Assembly (NCBI RefSeq): GCF_006345805.1
Contig: NW_021833281.1
Span: 13,099 to 77,098 of the forward strand
Origin: Octopus sinensis
Taxonomy: Eukaryota
Direction of reading: 5' to 3'
DNA length: 64,000 nucleotides
How positions within the stretch are numbered: the stretch's first letter is position 1; each line of letters opens with the position of its first letter. The notes beneath the pieces are model-generated. The model was not told the origin of the DNA and ran no database searches. It saw only the letters and a program-made list of their open reading frames with translations. Shown in pieces: positions 40,501 to 53,099 of the stretch. Made by a program: the position numbers and the translations under genes.

Positions 40501-41100
40501 AAGTTGGAGAATTTGGGGGTCGCCCCCAATGAAATTGGTTGCGGTAAGTCGGTCTCTGCTTACGCGGTTGACGCCACCATCATCATGTCCAATGAGGCTC
40601 AGGTACCTTGTGTAGAGGAAGCTATCAGAGGATACGAGGCGGTGGCAGGGGAAAAAGTTAACAAGGACAAGTCCATCGGCTTGTCCCTCGGCACCTGGAG
40701 GAGCAAGTCGATATCGTCCAGTGTCGTGGGTCACTGGACAGATGGTCCTGTTAAGTTGCTTGGAGTTTGGTTTGGACCGGACTCCCAGACGGAGAAGAAT
40801 TATAGCGATGTGGCAGACAGGGTGGAGGCCCTATTCCGGACCTGGTCCGGAAGGTCTCTGTCCCTAAAAGGAAGGGCGGAGGTAGTACAGGTGCTTATTG
40901 CATCTCGTATCACCTACCGCCTGACCGATGTCCCTTGTCTCCGACTCGTGACTGAACAAGTTGGAGCGACTCCTCTTCCGCGTATTGTGGATGGGAGAAA
41001 AGCCACCTGTGAGGCGCTCTGGTTGCTGCCAGGAACCGCTAAAGAGTAGGTTAGGGATGCCCTGGTTGATTATACACAAACATGCGTTGAAGCTGAAGCT
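37540..41100 (+). mobile_element. Tx1-clade LINE with ORF1 and ORF2, decayed
   Basis: ORF1 CCHC knuckle CFKCGEKGHVRSKC at 37952-37993. ORF2 starts at ATG 38661 (MIKLGCINVRGL) and carries APE GNFNAVL/SYIDRV/TDH and RT AFDRVDH/QGCPLS motifs. Many stops and frameshifts. Confidence 0.9.
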
Positions 41101-41129
41101 GGGTGAGGGGTAAATCATTTCCATAAATC

Positions 41130-41880
41130 CCAGTACTCAATTAATACTTATTTTATGGACCCCAAATGGATGAAAGGCCGAATTTGAATTCAGAATGTAA
41201 AGAGGAACCAAATATCGCTGAGCATTTTAGCCAGTGCACTAACGATCCTGCCAGCTCGCCGACTTAGGAATAATAATAATAATCCTTTCTACTATAGGCA
41301 CAAAACCTTGAACATTTTGGGGGAAGGATGATAGTCGCTTACATCGACCCCATTGCGTAACTAGTACATATTTTATCGACCCCGAAAGGAAGAAAGGCAA
41401 AGTCGACCTCGGCGGAATTCGAACTCAGAACGTAGCGGCAGACGAAATACCGCTAAGCATTTCGCCCGATATTCTAACGATCCTGCCAGCTCGTCTCCTT
41501 AGGGATAACAGTAATAATCCTTTCTACTAAAGGCACAAAGTCTGAAATTTTTGGGGAGGGAAGTAGTCGATTGCATCGACCCCAGTGTTTCACTAGTACT
41601 TAATTTATCGACCCCGAAAGGCAAAGTCGACCTCGTCGGAATTTGAACTTAGAACGTAAAGACAGTTGAAATGCCGCTAAGTATTTCGCCCGATATTCTA
41701 ACGATCTTGCCAGCTCGCCTCCTTAGGAATGATAAATGGTTCGAAATTTTGGTACAAAGGCTGCAAGTATAGGGAGAGGAGGCTAGTCGATTACATCACA
41801 CAAGTGTTCAATTGGTTCTTTATTTTAATCGACCCAAAAAAACTGAGAGGCAAGATCGATCTTGGTGGAATTTCAACAAG
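41130..41880 (-). mobile_element. Cluster of about four head-to-tail SINE copies
   Basis: Repeated cctgccagctcgcc (reverse complement of the SINE head) and B-box text. Confidence 0.8.
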
Positions 41881-42200
41881 CAAGCAATTACCAAAAATTT
41901 TAGATTCGTTTTATGTTTACATAGAGAGGGTTAGAAAGACGTGAAGGAGACACACATAATGGAAGAGAAGGAGAAAGAGAGGGAGAAGAGAAAGGGTGAG
42001 TGAGAGAGAAAGAGGGAAGAGAAAGGGTGTAGAAGGAGAGAGAGAGAGACAGAGAGAGTAGGAGAGAGAGAGGAAGAAATTGTGAGAGAAGTAGACATAC
42101 ATATATACAAAGGCAAAAATAGCTGGAGGACTACAAATATATTGCAGGAGAGAGATATTGAAAGTCAGAAAATAATACGTATGTATGCATACATACATCA

Positions 42201-42248
<48 letters not shown>

Positions 42249-42326
42249 ATATATACACACATACATGTACACATATAGACGTTTTTATGAATATATTAAT
42301 ATGCATGTAAAAGTGCACACACATAC

Positions 42327-42367
<41 letters not shown>

Positions 42368-43327
42368 CATACACACATTTATATATGCAATTACAGATGA
42401 GAACACGAACTGATTGAGAGAGGGAGAAAGGGAGAAAGAGAGAGACAGAGTGAGTGACAGAGAGAGAGAAAGAGAGAGAGAGATGTAATACAAGAGAAAG
42501 GTACATAAGACAGGTAGAGAAACAGAGGGATGGAAGAATAATGGAAAGTAATACACACACAAACACACACTGATATATATACATATACATATATATATAT
42601 ATAGAGAGAGAGAGCGAGAGAGACGGGGGGGGGGAGAGATAGAGATGGAAAAAAATATAGAGACTGAAAGACAGACTAGTTTAAAAGGAAATATTTTCTT
42701 ATCGTTAAGAAATACACAGTCAAGATAATGGTTTGTTGCCACTCAGGAATTATTGAGATAACATAAGATAAAGGGAAGTTTTCTGCAAGTTTTGAAAGAA
42801 AGTAATGTTGTTGTTGTTGTTGTTGTTGTTGGCTTTGTTGCTGTTGATGTTGTTGTTGTTGTACGTGTGCGAGGGGAGGTGAACGAAGGGAGGGAGGAAG
42901 GAAGGTGTGTAATGGTGAAGGTATCAAACTGACAATGAATCATTCACACACACACGGACACATATAAGGCATACGAAGACATACAAAGACACATATAGAC
43001 AAAGGCATTGGTGGACACACGTGTACATATAATATAAAGTATGAACGCTAAGAAGTTTAAATAGAGATTATAGAAAACAGACGAATACACTCTGCTATTC
43101 ATTCTTTCACTCTCCCCAAACTGTTTGTGTGTGTGTGTGTGTGCAATGTGTATGCAGGTATGTACGTATATATGTATGTATGGATGTATTTATGTATATA
43201 TTTCTATAAACATTCATATGTACACATACATATATATATGCGTATATGTATGCATATATATATATATATGTCTATATATATATATATATATATATACACA
43301 AACACAATATATGTATGTAAACATATG

Positions 43328-43396
<69 letters not shown>

Positions 43397-43598
43397 TTTA
43401 TATATATATATATATACACACACATATGTACATATACACAAACATATATAACTGACATATATGTATATATGTACGTATATGTGTGAGCGTGTGTGTAAGT
43501 GTCGGCGTGCGTGTGTGCATGTGTGCACGGCGTAAAACTATGTGTGTGTGTGACAGAGAGAGAGAGAGAGATAGATAGATAGATATATAGATAGATAA

Positions 43599-43655
<57 letters not shown>

Positions 43656-44250
43656 GTGTGTATCTATGCAACGTTTGCTCGTAGTGCCATTGATGCCCGT
43701 TGGTCGCATATGTATAGTAGTGCCAATGATGCCCGTTGGTCGCATATGTATAAACTCATACACAAATTCAGTATGTACACTCATTAAACTCACATTATAC
43801 ACACATGATACTCACTTAAACATTTACAATTACATATATCAATACAAACGTATCTGATCGACTAACGAACAGACCAAAGACAGGTGATACACATATGCAT
43901 AGGTAATGCACATACGCACATACGCACAGGTAATACAAATGGGCACATAATACACACGCTGACAAACACGTATCTATACACAAATACATAAAAGCATATA
44001 AGCATAAAACACACACTAATTATTAAATTGACAAACTTCACCGTACCCCCTCAGGGTACCTATTTCCAGCAGCCGCGTAGAATGGTTTTAAGAATAACCC
44101 AGATTCCAAAGACAACGTTCGTATTCACCAGATAAGAGAGTCCTCTGAGAGACCGAGAAATGAAATCGAATGGAAATATTTCGGAAATTAACCAATACCT
44201 GAACATTCTACAGTCTCACGATATATGAGTGTATGTGCATCTATATATAA

Positions 44251-44334
<84 letters not shown>

Positions 44335-44611
44335 CACAGGTGTATATACAGGTATATGCAGAAAGTGGAAATCAAAATAGGCATAGATGCGTATCATATA
44401 GAGAGTGTATACGCCATTGATAAACTACTGTTATAAATGCATTGAGTACTAAAACGATACAGACGTAGCATATATACAAAAATAGATTAATAAAAAATTA
44501 AAAAATCGAATATTATACCAATAGGTTTACGTACATACATACATACATAAATAAATACATACATACATACATAAATACATACATACATACATACATACGC
44601 ACATACATATA

Positions 44612-44811
44612 CGAGGAGTACCTATAAGTTCCTGGCTTTAACAGTATTGTGAAAGGCGTTGTTGGAGGCCCAAACTTCCGAGTTCCTTTACAGGGCTTAG
44701 AAAGTCTGAAGGACCACTGCTCTACGGGTGTAAATCTGAATAAAATCACAAATAACTGATCCTCCAGTATTTTCTTGTACTCAAAGCCAGGAACTTTGCA
44801 GCACCCCTCAG
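44612..44811. mobile_element. Mariner-derived MITE
   Basis: Imperfect TIRs cgaggagtacctataagttcctggcttt and aaagccaggaactttgcagcacccctcag, with flanking TA dinucleotides. Confidence 0.7.
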
Positions 44812-45538
44812 TAAATGCCCTGGGCAGTCTTTATAGAAACCACCTAACTAGTAATTAAGTACATGAATGAGCATTAAAGTAATTCTGTGTTAATCTTTCC
44901 TTTTTAATGTTTATAATTGATATATACACACCTTTTACCTATTCTGGTTATGATATCACTTTTGAAATTCTTAAATTTTATTTTTATACAACATAACAAT
45001 ATTGTTTATAAACAATCACCCATAGTGCCTCAAAATAAGATTTCCACTGTATTAACATCTTACGTTTCTGGGTGTCTTGCCCCTTTAACTGGTAATTAAC
45101 ATCATGATTTAAAGTCTACCCCTACCCTACTTCTTTTTATAGACAGTTACTTATATCCAATTAACTACTGCTAATGTCTTATTTCCTCCCTGAGGTAAAG
45201 GGGTGCATATGATAATATTTATGACTATACATAGCTATGAGCTGTCACCACACTCTTGTCCTTTATTCAAAATAGACACAGTCTTCTAGTATTAGATTTA
45301 GTAGTTGATAAAGATATAAATGTATTAGAAATGGATTACAATCCTTTACAATACTATGATCCACTACAATCCTTTACAATACTATGATCCACTATATTCA
45401 TGCGCTTCTTGGAAGTGTAGTCTACTCTTAGCTACAATGGCGACAACATGAATTTCTTCCATCTTATTGCTCTGTTAAAATATTTGAGAAAAAGTATATT
45501 AATGTGTCCTACTTGTTAAAATTCTATTTATTTATTTG

Positions 45539-45624
45539 TACAGGTGAAGATGGCATTAGATTTAAATTGATATGATGATTGCATTGTTCACTTAAATGGA
45601 GCTGCTTGAAACGGTTGTACTGCA
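45539..45624 (+). ncRNA. Decayed HHR (C3G) in a pLTR-like repeat paralogous to 8820-8991
   Basis: tacag-GTGAAGA-t-ggca...tgctt-GAAAC-GGTT-GTA-ctgca. Confidence 0.55.
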
Positions 45625-45679
45625 TCACTACTTGATATCCTGTTTCTTATTTTGATTTTATATATATATATATATATAT

Positions 45680-48600
45680 AATAAGGAAAAATTTTTTAAA
45701 AATGCAGAATGCTCAAATGAAAGAAAATTTTAATAAAATGAGAAATTGATAAAATATATAAATATATATTTATTCAACCGGTTTCGTCATTGTATGACTT
45801 GTCAAGAATATTTATGTTTTAAGAAGTTTTTTTTTTTTTTTTTTTAAATTAGAAAGGGGAAAAAAAGAAAATTGCATTGTTTTTTGTAAAAGAATAATGA
45901 TAAAAATGTACAAAAATTAAAAAATAAGTTCTCCGATACATTGTGAGTTCGTTGTGTATCTTGAGTTTTATGGTTGTTTACGAAAAAATTACCTTGAGGT
46001 GTTAAGATCCAAAGGGATTAAGAGCATGTGTTGTGTTGTGTTGTTAAATTCAGCATGTTTGCAGGACAGGAAGTAGTAGTAATTGTGGTCCTGGTTCTTC
46101 AGTTCCGTGTTGTGAGTAAGGGGAGACAACTCTTTTGAGTTCTTCAATAAAACCCAAATTATAAAACTATCATTTTAGCTTCATTTGCATTATCTTTTTT
46201 ATATAATTGCTTGTTAACTTAACTTTCAGATTTTAACACTTTATTTATATTATTTTCTAATAATATAAATCTGCATAGACAATTGCATTTCAAATTGTCA
46301 TATCATTTATAATAAAAATGATAGTAATAACAACAATAGTAAAAATGATATTTAAAGAATATAAGTTTTAGCTTGAAGTGATGAATGCATGGTATCTTTA
46401 TATATTTGTGTTAGTCCATCCATGAAGAGTGAGGTAGAGAAGGAAGTTTGATCAACGAGGAGTTTGCATATTAAGTTGTGTTTGGAATTTTTCAATAAAG
46501 AGATTCTCCTTGTTAATTCTCTCCTGTGTGGTGATCCCGTCTTTACATTGGTAGAAGGGGAATATATAGAATTTGGGGTTTAAGTCTTTAGCACATGAGT
46601 CTAAGTGGTCACTCAGTGGAATTTGTCGGTATTCCGGGAGATTTATTTGTTCTTTATGCACCGTTATTCGTTTACGTAACGGGAGACTCGTTTGTCCAAC
46701 ATAATTATGTTGGCAACCAGCGCATGTGAGAACGTAGATAAGGTTCTCGGAGGAACAGGAGAAGTTAGTCTTGATTTTAAACTTCGTACCTTGTTTGAAG
46801 GTAAATTCAGAGCCTTCAAGTAGAAAGGGGCAGGTACCACAGTTTGAGCGTGCACATTTTTTTACTGTTGGGGGTGGATGTGGTGTGTGAAGTTTGGCAT
46901 TTGTCAAGAGTTTTTTTAAAGATTTGTGTTGCCTTTTGCATTTGAGGATTTTGTGTGTATTTATAATGTTTTTCATTTTTGGGTCTGTTGACAGTAGACT
47001 GAGGTTTTGTATGATTGTGGTGTATGCTTCGATATTTTTGGGGTTGTGGGTGGAAATGTATGGAAGTATTTTGAGGTTGTGTGTGGTGTTAGGTTGGGTG
47101 GTTTTCAGTGTAGTGTTGTCTAGTTCTTTGGCGCGTTTTATTCCATACTTTATAAGGGTGGAGGGATATTGACGTTGTAATAGTGTTTTTTTGAGGTCTT
47201 GAAGGCGTATTTCTCGTGTTTTTGGATCCGAGACAATGGTGCATACCCTTTTAGCTAAATTGAAAGGGATATTTGTCTTGGTGTGTTTTGGGTGGCATGA
47301 ACTAAAGAGGAGGTATTGTTGTGAGTCTGTAGGTTTGTGGTAGATGTCTGTTATGATTTGGTTCTTAGGTGTTTTTATAATTAGGAGATCAAGGAATGGG
47401 AGATGATGTTTGCTTAATTCCATAGCGAATTGGATGTTGGGATGTATGTTGTTTAGTATGGTTTTGAATTCCAGGAGTTTTTCATAAGGTTCTTTCCATA
47501 TGATGAAACAATCATCTAAATACCTTTTCCAGTTTTCCATTAGGTAGGTGTGGAAAACATGTCCAAATTTCTGGCTTGATATTTCATAGAGTGACAGTTC
47601 GAAGTAACCCATTATGAGGTTCGCAAGGACTGGTGCAGCCTTGGTACCCATCGCAATGCCACATTTTTGACGGTAGTGTGTGTCGTCGAAGAGAAAAGAA
47701 TTGTTTGTCAGAATGAACTGAAGAGATTCTGTAATAAAAGACTTGTTAATGCGGTCAGGGAATGTCTCTGGGTGTTTTTCTAGCCAGAAGTCAATTGCCT
47801 CTATACCATACTCATGTGGAATGTTGGTGTAGAGGTTGATGACATCAAAGGATACCAGGAGTGCCTCCTCGTTAACTGTTTTCGGGAGGTGTTTGAGCAT
47901 GTCCAGATCATCCCTAATGAAACTTTTGATGTGGGTAAGGAAAGGTTTCAAAAGGATGTCTAGGAATTTACTCAGGCGGTGTGTTTCACAGGAGGTACCA
48001 GCCACGATGGGCCTTAGTTTTAGGTCCTCCGGTGCTTTGATGTTGATGTGGATGTCAGTGGAGAGTTTGCAGGCTTCGGTGATGTATTTGTTTTTATGGA
48101 TTTTAGGAAGGCCATAAAAAAGGCTGGGCTTGCATTTGAAAATGGTGATATCATCCCTTTCTTTTTCTGTGAGTCCCTGACCGTGTTGGCGTATGAGTGT
48201 GGTGAGGTTTCTGATTGTTTTTTGCTGTTTGTAGTTGTTAATAACCTCATAGAAAATGTTATTGTTAAGCATGGAGAACACTAGGTGTTTATAAAATTCC
48301 GTGTCCATAAGGACCACAGCACTCCCTTTGTCCGCTTCTTTGATGGTGAGGTTTTTATCCAGTTGTATGTCACGTAGGTTTTCCCATTCTTCCTTACTGA
48401 AATTGGATTTTACCTTGGTTTTGCTTGGGGTAAAGGGGAGACTCTGGATGTGTTTACAGAAATCGTCCAGTGTTTTATTTCTCCCTTTTGGTGGTAGGAA
48501 GTTGCTTTTATTTCTGATCAATGAATCGTCCCCATTGTTGATATCTGTCAAAGCTTCTGTTAGGCGAAGTTTTCTGCAGAATTCAGAAACGTCATCCTTG

Positions 48601-48762
48601 ACCTCCGGGGGGTTGGGTGTTCTTGGGGTGGGTGTGAATTTCAAACCTCTTGCTAGGATGTTGATTTGGGTTGGTGTCAGTGTTTTGCTGGGGAGGTTTA
48701 TAATTTTTGTTTTCTTATTTTGGGTCTGTGTTAGCGGTGGTGTTTGTATTTTATGCGGGTGC

Positions 48763-48765
<3 letters not shown>
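45680..48765 (-). mobile_element. Penelope-like element (EN+, Neptune-like), probably 5'-truncated
   Basis: RT-GIY-YIG ORF, AT-rich 3' region with a sense-strand HHR, bounded by (TA)n and (CA)n tracts. Confidence 0.9.
45771..45810 (-). ncRNA. Minimal hammerhead ribozyme, U3:A8 core variant, in the PLE 3' pLTR
   Basis: tattc-TTGACAA-gtcat-aca-atgac-GAAAC-CG-GTT-gaata; palindrome AACCGGTT. Confidence 0.8.
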
Positions 48766-48808
<43 letters not shown>

Positions 48809-48818
48809 AAAGGCGCAT
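46452..48818 (-). CDS. PLE reverse transcriptase + C-terminal GIY-YIG endonuclease (open frame, no credible start codon)
   Basis: INL..KTLT..Q..IL.RGLKFTPTP; KEADKGSAVV; LRPIVAG; SFDVINLYTNIP; GIAMGTKAAP; RYLDDCF; LPFLDL; linker CARSNCGTC; NLIYVLTC..C...YVGQT; RKR..HK. The listed start lies in the adjacent SINE/(CA)n tract. Confidence 0.92.
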
Positions 48819-49140
48819 AGCGCAGTGGTCAGAGCATCGGGTTTATAATCCTGAATTAGTGAGTTCCATTCCCTGACCAGGCTGTGTGTTGTTTTCTTGT
48901 GCAAGACACTATTTCACGTTGCTCCAGTTCACTCACCTGTACAAATGAGTTGTGACGTTACGAGTGCCTAGCTGTATTGGCCTTTGATTTTCTCATGGAT
49001 AACATCGGTGGTGTGGACAGGGGAGGTGGGTATGCATGGGCAACTGTTGGTCTTTCATAAGCAATCTTGCCCGGACTTGTGCATCAGGGAGTAACTTTCT
49101 AGGTGCAATTCATTTATGACCGGAGGAGATCTTTACCTTT
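48818..49140 (+). mobile_element. tRNA-derived SINE
   Basis: Head GGCGCATAGCGCAGTGG...GAGTTCCATTCC; body matches 4595-4912. Confidence 0.8.
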
Positions 49141-49199
49141 TATTTCTTATGATTGTATATCTATATACAATGATATCTATCTATCTATCTATCTATCTA

Positions 49200-49288
<89 letters not shown>

Positions 49289-49291
49289 GAA

Positions 49292-49342
<51 letters not shown>

Positions 49343-49579
49343 GTCTCTGTCTCTCTCTCTCTTTATATATATATATTATTCTTAAACAGGAATATCATTG
49401 ACAGTAACTTAGAGGTTTCGACCAGTTAAGCCATCGTCCGACGATAGCTTAGCTGACCAAAACTAAACTGGACGACAATATTGTCAACAATATTCTTAAT
49501 CAAACATAATAAATTTGTATTCTACAAATATATAGAATAACCCGTCAGATTAATGTAGAATTGCGGCGAGCTGGCATAA

Positions 49580-51497
49580 CTTTGATACTTTGATACTTTG
49601 ATAGGTTTCGGCCATTATTGGCCCAGGCCATGTCTAACTTAATAGCACCACCTGGTGAAGTCTTTCAAGTCAGAATTTGAGCACTATGGCCCACTCAAGT
49701 AGAGAGTTATTGTTTACAGAGACATATCCGGGTGTAGGGGGCTTATCCGGGATTTCTTGAAGGAATCTGTCCAAAGACTTCTTGAACCCTGTAGGGTCAG
49801 TTTCTGTTTTAATGTGTTTTGGTGTAATGTTAAAGAGAGCGGGGCCAATTGAGGTGAAATAATTGTACCGTATTGTTGTTATGAGATGAGAGTGCGATTT
49901 TTGTTTTGGGCGGATGGCACGGGGCCCAAGCCTTGGATGTACCTTGAAGGTGATGCCAACATCATTTGGGCAATGCTGATGGAATATTTTCCACATCATG
50001 CAGATGATGTAGCGCTCACGACGACGTTGGAGAGAGTAGAGTTTTAGCTTTTCTAGTCGACCCCAATAGTCGAGGCCTGTCATGCCATCTATCTTTTTTG
50101 TGATTGCCCTTTGAGGTGCTTCAACTTTTATGATACCTTGTATTGTGTGGGGAGACCACAGTGGACAACAGTATTCAAGGTGGGGTCGGGCAAAAGTGGA
50201 GAAGAGAAGGATAATGGTGTGGATATCTCTCGACTGGAAAGTTCTGAGAATCCAGGAACACATTCTGCGGGCCATGTCAACTTTGGTGTTTATATGAGTG
50301 GCCCAGCTTATGTTGTTGTCCACAATTACTCCCAAGTCTCTGATGTTGTTGGACGCCGCGAGAGTTTCACCTGAAGGAGGGAGTATGGGAGTTTCAGGGC
50401 ATCCTCTTTTCCAAAGTGGATTAGCTCAATTTATCCTCGTTCAGCAGCATATTGTTGTTTTCTGCCCATTGGATAACAGCCAGTAGATCTGACTGAAGGC
50501 ATGTCCGGTCACTCGCCTCATTTATGACCTTCTGTAGCTTGGAGTCATCTGCAAAGATTTTTATGTTGCTGTGCTTGATGATGTCATTAATGTCATTAAT
50601 GTAAATGATGAAAAGAAGTGGGCCCAGCACAGTGCCTTGCGGAACGCCACTACTGACTTTGGCTGGGCTTGATTTTACCCCTTCAACTACAACATGTTGA
50701 GATATGTCTGTCAGGAAACACTTGATCCATTTCAGTAACTTTCCAGAGACACCAATGTTGGATAGTTTTTTCAATAGGATCTTGTGATCGACCCTGTCGA
50801 AGGCCTTACTGAAATCAAGGTAGATGACATCGGTGTTGGAGCCCTCTCCCAAAGCTCTCAAAATGTCCTCAAAGTGATGCAGGAGCTGCGTTAGGCAGTC
50901 CCTTCCATTACGGAACCCATGTTGGTTGGAGATCAGCCGTCTGTTGCTTTCCAGAAATTGGGTTATTCGAGATCTCACCACCCTCTCAAATACCTTGATG
51001 ATATGAGAGGTGAGTGATATCGGACGGTAATTCACTGCAAGGGACTTGTTTCCCTTTTTGAAAACTGGGACAACAGACTGGGACAGAAGGTTTTTTGGAA
51101 TATAGCCAGCATCCAGTGAGTTTCTCCACAGATTAGCAAGGGGAGATGCAAGTTGGTGTCGACACACCTTCAGGACACAAGCAGGGAACCTATCGGGGCC
51201 TACTGCTGAATTGTGTTTTATTTCGTTTATCGCCGCTAAGACATCAGGGGCACTAAACGTTATGTCCGATATAGTGTATTGGGGGTTGACATCACTGATA
51301 CAGCCCAGATCGGCCATATCAGGATTGCTGAAAACAGAGCAGTATTGTTTCTGCAGTATCTCGGCCATGGATTTGGCATTATCTTGGAGAGTGCCAGTTT
51401 CGTCAATTAGAGGGCCTACAGTGGAGACAGTGACCCTGCGTTTCCTCGCAAATGAAAAGAACACTTTGGGGTTGAGTTTGATTTTTTCAATGGCCCA
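49580..51497 (-). mobile_element. CR1-type LINE, 5'-truncated, RT with a single frameshift, inserted in a SINE
   Basis: YRPISLTSHIIKVFER, YLDFSKAFDRVDH, GVPQGTVLGPLLF and FADDSKL (ORF 50421-51464). A 1-nt frameshift near 50430 links it to ORF 49670-50335. 3' tail (TATCAAAG)x3 at 49580-49603; SINE halves lie on both sides. Confidence 0.9.
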
Positions 51498-52539
51498 TTA
51501 ATATACTGGGCAAGAATGCTTAGCGGCACTTTGTCCGTCTTTGCGTTCTAAGTTCAAATTCCGCCGAAGTTGATTTTGCATGCATCTTTCCGGGAACGAT
51601 GAAACGAGCACACCTACCCTACATATATATATATACATGCATACATACATACATATAAATGCATGCATAATTATGTAACACTAAAATATATATATGTATT
51701 TGTATACATGTCATTCTAGTGATACTGGTAACATGTAACCCAATCAAACTTGCGCTATGTTTGGATGTTGGCGAATAATCCAGTAGCTCCAACAATCCTT
51801 TTTTGTAAAGAGGGTGGTTTTTGTTGGACACCCTGCAGAACTAATTGCAATACCCATCAAAGTTGGATAAACTCTGCAGAGTCAACAGCTTTCCAGTATG
51901 TAATGAGAGACTCCTAGTCTTTGTTTAGATATCTTGCTAGGAAAAAGAAAACTGTTTAACGTCTGTGAGTACGTTTGCATCCAATAATGTAGACTAGTTC
52001 TTTCTGGGTCAGTGCGTACGTTGTTTAGAGTGTCATTCCACATTCTTTAAAAGCTTCAGGTACTGGTATGCCTGATTTTAACATCTCTCCCGCTAGCGAT
52101 GTTAGAGCTGAGAGTAACCGAAAGAGTCAAAACACTCAATGAATAATTTCATGAAGGAATGAAGAGGGGTGATAGGCTCCGTGAGTACCTACTGCAAGTG
52201 GTGCCCATCTTTACCACATCTGTATAAAAAATATTTTGCTGAAGTTAGTATGTAGCATTTTGTTTACATCGCTGTCATGAACTACTAACATAGGAGATAA
52301 AAAAACAGATTTTATATAGACAAGTACTTTTAATTAGTGAAAGAAATATATACTTATTTATTTATATAAGAGAAATTTTGTCTGTCTGGGGCCCCTGTAT
52401 CTCTGTCTACATTTTTTTTCTACTTAAACATATACCGTTTTGGAATCAGGATGATCCTGGGAATGAAATTCATCCCTTCATTTGGTTCTTAAACATCCAG
52501 TTGGAATCTAATTTAAACGCATTTGGTTTGCTACTTCTA

Positions 52540-52600
52540 GCAGGTAAGATTGGCGGGTTCACGCCATCTTGGTTGACGTTTGTCAGATGACGTAAGAGAT
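52540..52600. promoter_or_regulatory. Possible promoter-motif cluster
   Basis: Within ~55 bp: ATTGG (reverse CCAAT), GCCATCTTG (YY1 consensus) and two TGACGT half-sites, next to a CAG/GTAAGA donor-like site. Confidence 0.25.
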
Positions 52601-53099
52601 CAAAGGGGAGATAAATGACATTCACTTCGTTAATTTTACGTCGAGATAAGAACTTTGGAACAAATTGGCCAACAGTTGGAATTCAACTTGGGACTGAAAC
52701 AATAGAATGATTGCATTACAGAATTAATTCTCACTTGTCCTTAACTTCTCCTCAAACACTACTGGGGAATATAATCATTATAGACGTATTATAGTCATAT
52801 TTAGCCCCCTTTAGTCTCTTTTCCGCAGGCCCAGTTAGCCCTACGTAGGAGCTAGCTTAAAAGTCCGCACGAGGGCCGCTTTTAAGGTAGTATTTGATAT
52901 ACAGAAAGCCTAAAATCCTTCTACATATACTGAAAAAACTCGAGATGAAAATTATATGCATTTCATAAAATAACATACGTATAACCTGTAGAAGAATTTC
53001 TTAGCCAAAAAAAAAAAATTGTATAATTCATTAAAAAAGATATATGAAGAAATAAAAATATGAAGAAAAAGAAGCAAATAAAGTTTTACTACTTCTGCT

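Noticed and set aside
43681-43752. Two 36-bp tandem units with a superficial CRISPR-repeat length
   Set aside because: The copies are directly adjacent with no spacers, in a eukaryotic context; this is a plain minisatellite.
42676-43857. Poly-Q, poly-YI and poly-HT ORFs here and similar ORFs throughout the track
   Set aside because: They are translations of (GTT)n, (TA)n, (CA)n and (TATC)n microsatellites.
46030-46105. Second HHR candidate in the PLE 3' region (CTGAAGA...caggac/gtcctg)
   Set aside because: GAAA is replaced by CAAA and there is no stem I.
46400-46454. TGA stop of the PLE ORF as possible selenocysteine readthrough
   Set aside because: The GIY-YIG domain is already complete, the downstream frame closes after ~17 codons, and no SECIS was recognised.
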